This document shows, in pieces, positions 57,581-64,000 of a DNA stretch of 64,000 nt. The notes under the pieces were generated by a model. The model was not told the DNA's origin and searched no databases. It saw only the letters and a list, made by a program, of their open reading frames with translations. Origin of the DNA: an uncultured virus (IMG/VR IMGVR_UViG_3300037400_001705) (lineage: Duplodnaviria > Heunggongvirae > Uroviricota > Caudoviricetes). Position numbers and translations under genes: made by a program. Within the stretch, counting starts at the first letter, position 1; every line of letters starts with the position of its first letter. The stretch lies in the IMG/VR virus record IMGVR_UViG_3300037400_001705. One strand, written 5' to 3'.

Positions 57581-57636
57581 AGTCTCATGGGGAATGTGGA
57601 CGCACATTCCCTACTACTAACCAACTACACAAGATT

Positions 57637-58155
57637 ATGGCAAAGCTAAATGTCTACTCATTTGCCGACTATAACGCTGTCCGCTATCTTGCCCATCAAG
57701 TGAAGGATGGAAACGACAGCAGTATCAGTCGCGCAGCTCGTTACATGGCGCATCTTGTGTCGTGTATCGCTGACGAGCGGTGCGTTATCGTTCCTGTGCC
57801 TGGTCGTATAGGTGTCGCTCTCTACACAAAGGTTCTTGCCGAACGTATCTCTGAGCTGACGGGTGTGCGTGTCATGGACTGCTTAAAATGCAAGCCACAC
57901 ATGACGCAGTATCTCCGCAAGTACCGCTATGGTCTTGACAGCATGCGACCGATGGACTTTTCAGTTACCGAAAATGTTCCCTCAAACGTTATCCCCATTC
58001 TCATTGATAACGTCCTCGACACGGGAACAACCGTCATGTCCGCTATGCAGGCTCTTGACCGCTCTCTCTACGCTGTTGTGCTGGGCAACACACACAACTT
58101 CCTGCATTTCAATTATCCTATCAACCTCTACGAACAATCTCTCACATGGCAATGA
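57637..58155 (+). CDS. ComF-like phosphoribosyltransferase-fold protein
   Basis: VIVPVP; ILIDNVLDTGTT PRPP-binding loop. Confidence 0.8.
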   Translation: MAKLNVYSFADYNAVRYLAHQVKDGNDSSISRAARYMAHLVSCIADERCVIVPVPGRIGVALYTKVLAERISELTGVRVMDCLKCKPHMTQYLRKYRYGLDSMRPMDFSVTENVPSNVIPILIDNVLDTGTTVMSAMQALDRSLYAVVLGNTHNFLHFNYPINLYEQSLTWQ

Positions 58156-58364
58156 GCGTCAAGTACGAAGCCGTCTGCGAATCGGGCAATACGGATGCTG
58201 ACACCATCCGAACGTTCCCTGACCGCGAATGCGCTGACCTCTTTTGTCAGATTTGGCGTGCCTCGCATCCTGGCACCCATGCTTGGGTACGAGAGACACA
58301 ACACCGCCACATGGAACACAAAACTCTTGGCAGTTCCGTAATGACGGTCGAACTCTACGATTAG
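58146..58364 (+). CDS. hypothetical protein
   Basis: ORF. Confidence 0.65.
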   Translation: MAMSVKYEAVCESGNTDADTIRTFPDRECADLFCQIWRASHPGTHAWVRETQHRHMEHKTLGSSVMTVELYD

Positions 58365-58424
58365 CCTCAGTGTGCAGCGTGATTTTGTCACGCTGTTCCC
58401 AATAACCCCTAAATATATCAGAAT

Positions 58425-58745
58425 ATGACAAAAGCAGACAAATTGTACTTGGAATTGAAGCAGGGACACCCTAACCACCTGATTCTTATCAGACGTAATG
58501 ACTTCTATGAATGCAGGGAAGATGATGCAAAGATTGTGTCAAATGTTCTTGGTATCACATTGTCAAGACACACTACTGGGCTAAAGCATTTCTTCTGCTG
58601 TTTTCCGTTTCATGCGCTCGACACCTATCTGCCTAAGCTTGTCCGTGCAGGCTATAAGGTTGCCATCTGCGACCAGCTGGACGAACCAAAGAAACCCGTC
58701 AAGCGCGGTATTACAGAACTCGTCTCTTCAAACCCACTGAAATAG
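58425..58745 (+). CDS. stand-alone MutS domain I protein
   Basis: YLELKQ.HP..LILIR..DFYE...DA...LGITL; FP.HALDTYLPKLVRAGYKVAICDQ. Confidence 0.88.
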   Translation: MTKADKLYLELKQGHPNHLILIRRNDFYECREDDAKIVSNVLGITLSRHTTGLKHFFCCFPFHALDTYLPKLVRAGYKVAICDQLDEPKKPVKRGITELVSSNPLK

Positions 58746-58779
58746 GTGGGTTCACTATTAACCAAACAACATCATCATT

Positions 58780-59475
58780 ATGAAAAGAAAACTATCACTA
58801 CCCGTAAACTGTTGGGCAGCGGAAGATATTCCGTCCAACAAACTGATTGAAGCCAATTCCGACCATCTGAGTAATTCAGAATTACTCTCTATCATCATTG
58901 GTAATGGCTCCAACACAGAGAATAGTGTAGAACTGGCACGCCGCATCCTGTCAACGTGTGACAACAAACTGTCCAAACTGGCAAAGATGACGCCTAACGA
59001 CCTCTCTTGCTTTCATGGCGTCGGCAAACAGAAAGCGGCTAAGATTATGGCAGCTCTCGAACTCGGCCGTCGCCGTCAGGAAGAGCAGGCCATTGAAAAG
59101 CCAGACTTGGGTACGGCTGTACGCATCTATAACATGATGCACCCTATCATGGCAGACTTGGAGAAAGAAGAGTTTTGGGTGCTTCTCGCAAATCAGAACT
59201 TCAAACTGATAAAGAAATTCCGACTGTCGCAGGGTGGCATCTCTGAGGTGGCCGTGGATATTCGTATCGTCATAAAGGAAGCTGTTCTCAACAACGCTAC
59301 CATCTTGGTGGTCTGCCACAATCATCCGTCTGGTTCTCTACGCCCGAGCAAGTTTGACGACGACCTGACCTTTAGCTTACAGAAAGCCTGTCAACTCATG
59401 CGCATCAAGTTTATGGACCACGTTATCGTGACCGACGGAGCGTATTATTCCTATCACGAACAGGGCAAACTCTGA
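58780..59475 (+). CDS. radC: RadC/JAB-domain protein
   Basis: LSNSELLSIII, HhH GVG..KA, EEFWV, HNHPSG...PS..D, DHVIV. Confidence 0.92.
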   Translation: MKRKLSLPVNCWAAEDIPSNKLIEANSDHLSNSELLSIIIGNGSNTENSVELARRILSTCDNKLSKLAKMTPNDLSCFHGVGKQKAAKIMAALELGRRRQEEQAIEKPDLGTAVRIYNMMHPIMADLEKEEFWVLLANQNFKLIKKFRLSQGGISEVAVDIRIVIKEAVLNNATILVVCHNHPSGSLRPSKFDDDLTFSLQKACQLMRIKFMDHVIVTDGAYYSYHEQGKL

Positions 59476-59535
59476 TTTAGTCTCTCGTGCCCAATGGGTA
59501 ACCATTGGGTAGCCACTAACCAAACTTTTAAGAAT

Positions 59536-60864
59536 ATGGAAACAAAAGAATTATTAACTTACTGCTGGAAACACAAGCTTTTCGGCAAAGGTCTCAAGAC
59601 ATCAAACGGAAAGAATTTGCAGATTATTGATGTGGGATTGTTTGACCGACACCACGGCTCTCGTTTCTTCAACGCAAAACTTGGAATCGACAGCACGCTA
59701 TGGGTTGGCTACGTCTTAGTCTTTGAGAAGTCAAGCGATTTCTACCAGTCCGACATCAAGGATTCAAGCAATGTAATCCTTGTTGTGTGCAGCTCAGAGG
59801 ACCAACCTTGCTTTGCGGCTGACGGAACGGAGATACCGCGATTGGTTGTGAGTGTTCCCGACAGCGTTACCCGCAATTATGATGCTCTGATGGGTGCCGA
59901 TGGCGATACGCTTTGCCACCGCCACATCATGCAGTACACAACTCCGCTTTCGAGACACGCTTGGATTGCTGCCATGCAGACAGAGTTTCTTGAGAACGAA
60001 ACCGAGTATATCAGTAGGTTCTATAAAGAGAGTGGTGATTTGGAAAAGACTTTCTTCATAGCTCTGCTGAGGGCTTTCGGATTCGCCACAAACAAGACGA
60101 CAATGGATCTGCTGGCACGAAACATCTGCATGAACGCCTTGGAGAACTGCCGCGACAACCTCTTTCAGATTGAAGCCATTATTCTTGGTCAGGCTGGACT
60201 TCTCACCCTGGAGCCAGACGCTCAGAGAGCAATACCCGAAAAGTATCTCAAACACGCTCAAATGGAAGGCTATTTCGCAAAACTCAGAAACGAATGGCTC
60301 TATCTGAAAAACAAGTTCAACATGCCGTTGGAAATATCAAGGCTATGCTGGCAACCTTACGGCGGTGGCGGTCTGACTTATCCGAATGTCTATCTGTCAA
60401 TGCTGGCTAATTGGTGGTATTGTAGAAAAATGGATTCAAAGACGGCCTTAAACATCAAGACTGCGAAAGAGGCTATGAACCTCTTCAACACTCATTGCAC
60501 GCCTTATTGGGAAACTCACTACGTCTTTGGCTCCGAGACATCAAAGTGTATGAAATGTCTATCCAACGACAGAAAGGCTTGGCTTGTTGCGGCTTGTCTG
60601 ACCCCGTTCCTCTTCTTCTACGGTAGGCATACCAGCAACGAAGAACTTTGTGACCGCGCTTTCGAGATAATGGAACAGCTTGGCCACTTCTCTACGTCCG
60701 ATACAAACTATTTCAAGAAGTTCGGCTTTGAGCCGACGGACGCTGGAGAGGTTGTTGGAATGACCCACCTGAAAGCCAAGTACTGCAATCCGCAATGCAA
60801 GGCCGGCGCTCCACGCCTCTGTCTTCTCTGCCGTTTTGGACGCGAGTTCATCACAAAACATTAG
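59536..60864 (+). CDS. DUF2851-like protein
   Basis: ELLTYCWKHKLF, FFNAK, FGF..NK, EAIILGQAGLL, YWETHYVFG, C-terminal C..CRFG. Confidence 0.8.
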   Translation: METKELLTYCWKHKLFGKGLKTSNGKNLQIIDVGLFDRHHGSRFFNAKLGIDSTLWVGYVLVFEKSSDFYQSDIKDSSNVILVVCSSEDQPCFAADGTEIPRLVVSVPDSVTRNYDALMGADGDTLCHRHIMQYTTPLSRHAWIAAMQTEFLENETEYISRFYKESGDLEKTFFIALLRAFGFATNKTTMDLLARNICMNALENCRDNLFQIEAIILGQAGLLTLEPDAQRAIPEKYLKHAQMEGYFAKLRNEWLYLKNKFNMPLEISRLCWQPYGGGGLTYPNVYLSMLANWWYCRKMDSKTALNIKTAKEAMNLFNTHCTPYWETHYVFGSETSKCMKCLSNDRKAWLVAACLTPFLFFYGRHTSNEELCDRAFEIMEQLGHFSTSDTNYFKKFGFEPTDAGEVVGMTHLKAKYCNPQCKAGAPRLCLLCRFGREFITKH

Positions 60865-60942
60865 TCTCTTTGTTCTGCACGTTTTTTTCGTGCAGTTCAC
60901 CAATTATCAAAAACCATGTTATAAAATCAGAAAAATAGACCG

Positions 60943-61188
60943 CTGTGTGAATCACTGTGTGAGATTTACATAAAACTTACTGATTATCAGTGTGTTTGTT
61001 GTGTGAATTGCTGTGTGAGTTGGTAAGTATATTTTACAATACCGCCTAATTTACATCAAATTATTTCATAAAAAACCGCCCAAAATCGCGGGTTTTGCGG
61101 GTTTTTGAGGGGTCACACACCAACTCACACACTTAACGTATTGATAATCATTATATTATCTCAAAACCTCACACACCTTCTCACACAG
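60943..61188. repeat. two inverted clusters of TGTGTGA repeats
   Basis: TGTGTGA x4 (60944-61018) facing TCACACA x4 (61113-61187). Confidence 0.8.
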
Positions 61189-61358
61189 TCCCCTATTATA
61201 AATAAGGTACGCAGGCGCAGCCGCTCGCCCATGCGCGATTTTAATAGTTATATATATAATATATTAAAGAAAAATTTTAAAAAGAAAGAAACACGTCTCT
61301 GCTGTTAAAAATCCAAAAGACAGCCTAAATATAAACCGTAAATAATTATCTTTGCAAC

Positions 61359-62378
61359 ATGAAAGAACTGAGAGGTCTCACCTATGAGCAAAACAAGAAA
61401 TTCCGCTTCGCTATCGACAGCGGATATTTCGACGATTGGGAACAGGACCCGCGAAAATGGAAACATACTTTCGCAGGTGCATTCCTATGGAAATACCCAC
61501 ATAGGGTAAAAATCCTCAATATCCTCAAAGATATTGTAGGAAACGTCCCAACGTGGGACGACCTGAACGACGAGGTATTGCGCGACCTCGTAGACGAACT
61601 GACAGGACAGAATCTTGCCACCTCTTCCATACGAACGATGTGTGCCGAACTAAAAGCACTACTGAACAGCAACAAGCGCAAACTGCCGTTCAACGAGTTT
61701 GGTGATATTCTCTCCGTCAAGGGTACGGCTACACAATCCGTTTACCTTACGAGCCGCGAAATGGAAATGTTCATGGCTTATAAGCCAACGACGGACACGG
61801 AGCATTTCGTACACCGAAACTTTTGCGTCAGCATGATGACAGGCGCACGACTGATAGACACGCTGAAGCTGACTATCTCTAACTGCGACATTGAAACAAA
61901 CATGCTCTCGTATGTTCCACAGAAAACGCCCGGGCTGGTGGTCTATGTCCCCGTGGACGAACGCCACAACCTACGCTTCTATCTTGCCGACGTTTGCAAG
62001 GACGAACGATGTCTCGACACATACAACGAGGTCCTGCGTCGCATCTGCAAGGTGATAGGCATTGATACGGTGTGCACCGTGGTCAAGGCTGGCAAGAGCC
62101 GAACGGCACCAAAGTACGAACTTGTCAGCTCACACACAGCCAGACGCACGTTCGCAACGAATCTCTATCTCGCTGGTGTGTCGCTCGAAGACATTGCTAT
62201 GATGATGGGCCACGGCAAGAACATCGACACCACAAAGCGCTACATCTGTGCCGAACGCACACTGAATCCCAGTGTTATGTCTTATTTCCAGAAGCCAGAC
62301 AAACCCGCCACACCTCAGGCAGCGTCCTACACGGATGAAGAACTCGACGCCTACGAGGATGCTCTTCTCGACGAATAG
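61359..62378 (+). CDS. tyrosine recombinase (second, no arm-binding domain)
   Basis: TGAR, QKT, HTARR, MGH, TKRY catalytic residues. Confidence 0.9.
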   Translation: MKELRGLTYEQNKKFRFAIDSGYFDDWEQDPRKWKHTFAGAFLWKYPHRVKILNILKDIVGNVPTWDDLNDEVLRDLVDELTGQNLATSSIRTMCAELKALLNSNKRKLPFNEFGDILSVKGTATQSVYLTSREMEMFMAYKPTTDTEHFVHRNFCVSMMTGARLIDTLKLTISNCDIETNMLSYVPQKTPGLVVYVPVDERHNLRFYLADVCKDERCLDTYNEVLRRICKVIGIDTVCTVVKAGKSRTAPKYELVSSHTARRTFATNLYLAGVSLEDIAMMMGHGKNIDTTKRYICAERTLNPSVMSYFQKPDKPATPQAASYTDEELDAYEDALLDE

Positions 62379-62439
62379 TTTCCTGCACTTCTTTCCTATT
62401 TGCGGTGTAGGAAACCATTTATTTTCCTATTCCCCGTCT

Positions 62440-63711
62440 TTAAGGTTCAGTATGGTGCTGTATCACAGCACCCAGAACCACATATTCAACCACTCTTCTC
62501 ACAGCGTTGTCTATCTTGCGCTGGTCATGGGCGATATAACGTGCCGTAACGCGCTTACTCCAAGAATGCCCGAGACACTGGCCAATAGTCTGCTCACTGA
62601 TGTCAAGGTCGTTGGCGGCTATTGAACCGAACGAGTAGCGTGCTGAATAGAGCGTGATGCCAGGGCAGAGTGGGGCATACTCCATCTTTCGGAGTTTGCC
62701 TACTTTGTCCTTTACCTTCCAGCTTGACCCAACCTTCTGCAACGCTTCGTTGGCTTGCTTGGAGAACGAGTGATAGTCACTCCTGCAGTCCATAAAACTT
62801 GTCAGCCACCCTTCCCTTGACGGATAGCGGTCAATAATCTCCTGCGCCTCTGGCAGTACTGGCAAGGTGATGACGCGAATCTTTGTCACACCTTCCTTGT
62901 TCGTTTTTTTTCTGACGAAAGACAGGTGCCCATCCTTGATGCAGTCCGCTTTGAGTGACAACAAATCTACAGGGTTGATGCCAGCAAGGTAGAACGACAA
63001 AAAGAAGAAGTCCACGTAAGGCCGTTGCCACGGTTCGCATGGATAATCTCTTAGCCGTCTCAGGTCCTCAGCGGAAAGATTGTTGGGAACTGTCTCTTCC
63101 TCTCTGATGTGATAATCCAGGAAAGGATAGTTTGTGGTCATTCCCTTGCGTCTGGCCCAGTTGAATACGGCTCTGATATTCCTCAGTTCCTTGGCCACGC
63201 CATTTATCTTCATACCCTGCTTGATGCAATAATCATAGAACGAGTCCATCCATTCCCTATTAATGGCATCAAGGCCGCAGTTCCCTGCGGTTTTCCACAG
63301 GGCGTTAAACGCTTCCACCTTCCGCGCCGTTATCCTATACAAAATAGCCGTTTGTTCCCTTTTTGTGGCGGCGAACGATTGGATAGCATCTGGCAGGGCG
63401 AACGGCTTGGTTTTCTTCTGAACGCCGAAAACGTCGTTTAAAATCCTCTCTTTGAGTTCTTGATTGCTCAGCCCTGCAATATCCCTCTCAATACATAAAG
63501 AGGTCACAGCGGCAAAATATTTGCCTAATAGGATAGTCTTACGCTTCCAGTCTCTGTCAGACTTTGGAAACGACATGTCAACCAGCTTGTCACATGTAGT
63601 AATGCCGGTATTCACAAAAAACCTGCCCTGCTTCGTACTGACTATGAAGTACACAGGAAACGAGCCGTCTTTGTTGGCTCTCGTTGTGTTTACATAGGGA
63701 TAAATCTTCAT
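62440..63711 (-). CDS. int: phage integrase (tyrosine recombinase with arm-binding and SAM-like domains)
   Basis: KDGSFPVY N-terminus, LRNIRAVFN, RKKT, YSARYS, LGHS, TARY; adjacent to att site. Confidence 0.9.
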   Translation of the reverse strand: MKIYPYVNTTRANKDGSFPVYFIVSTKQGRFFVNTGITTCDKLVDMSFPKSDRDWKRKTILLGKYFAAVTSLCIERDIAGLSNQELKERILNDVFGVQKKTKPFALPDAIQSFAATKREQTAILYRITARKVEAFNALWKTAGNCGLDAINREWMDSFYDYCIKQGMKINGVAKELRNIRAVFNWARRKGMTTNYPFLDYHIREEETVPNNLSAEDLRRLRDYPCEPWQRPYVDFFFLSFYLAGINPVDLLSLKADCIKDGHLSFVRKKTNKEGVTKIRVITLPVLPEAQEIIDRYPSREGWLTSFMDCRSDYHSFSKQANEALQKVGSSWKVKDKVGKLRKMEYAPLCPGITLYSARYSFGSIAANDLDISEQTIGQCLGHSWSKRVTARYIAHDQRKIDNAVRRVVEYVVLGAVIQHHTEP

Positions 63712-63728
63712 TTTGTTTCGAGTTTTAA

Positions 63729-64000
63729 TTTGCTACACTAACATGATGATGCTACACTATTTGCTGCACCAATAAAACCCTCAAAAGCCTGCAAAAGCCG
63801 CGATTTCTCTTAACCGCTTGTAGATTTACCTCAACTTAGATTCCTATCACAGTAACGTTAAATCGCTGATTATCAGCTTTGAGCGGAATACGGGACTCGA
63901 ACCCGCGACCCTCGGCTTGGGAAAAGATGGGCGTGACTTGCAGGGCCTTTATTTAAAGGGCTTCTGAAGAATGGCGCAGACTGCTACACTATTTGCTACA
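63729..64000. other. attP-like site: core equals 3' half of tRNA-Gly(CCC), flanked by TGCTACACT repeats
   Basis: 63881-63923 reverse complement TTCCCAAGCCGAGGGTCGCGGGTTCGAGTCCCGTATTCCGCTC; no tRNA 5' half; repeats at 63731, 63750, 63982. Confidence 0.85.

Larger units (their letters stand above)
49704..60903 (+). repeat. array of 20 intergenic GYCT-hairpin-MACC elements
   Basis: Copies start near 49704, 49955, 50301, 50611, 50836, 51335, 51607, 52028, 52706, 53648, 54021, 54882, 55618, 56588, 57059, 57580, 58362, 58720, 59478, 60862. Confidence 0.85.

Noticed and set aside
49704..60903. Elements as CRISPR repeats, classical attC sites or terminators
   Set aside because: Stems are not sequence-identical, spacers are whole genes and no cas genes are seen; no paired RYYYAAC/GTTRRRY ends; no 3' U tracts
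63881..63923. Complete tRNA-Gly gene
   Set aside because: 5' half is missing; interpreted as att core

Overview
Most of a temperate long-tailed (siphovirus-like) phage genome of a Bacteroidota host, probably Prevotella-like, judged from TAnnTTTG promoters and gene content. Left to right: small middle genes (1-4.1 kb, +); a long leftward late region (4.2-37 kb) with lysis genes, a complete diversity-generating retroelement (target gene with VR, hairpin, avd, TR, RT), tail fibres, tape measure, tail/neck/capsid genes and a tRNA-Met; divergent terminase, portal and HNH genes (37.3-42.3 kb); a leftward resolvase/primase-helicase module (42.3-46.3 kb); an AT-rich divergent control region; a rightward accessory region (47.3-60.9 kb); two convergent tyrosine recombinases; and an attP-like site carrying the 3' half of tRNA-Gly(CCC). 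The most unusual part is the accessory region. It opens with a hammerhead and a twister ribozyme, a dense AGTACG/AACG motif cluster and a ~600-nt structured non-coding segment. About 25 small genes and a second ~480-nt non-coding segment follow, partitioned by 20 copies of an element with architecture GYCT box - variable hairpin - MACC box. All calls were made by eye; no database searches or folding programs were run.
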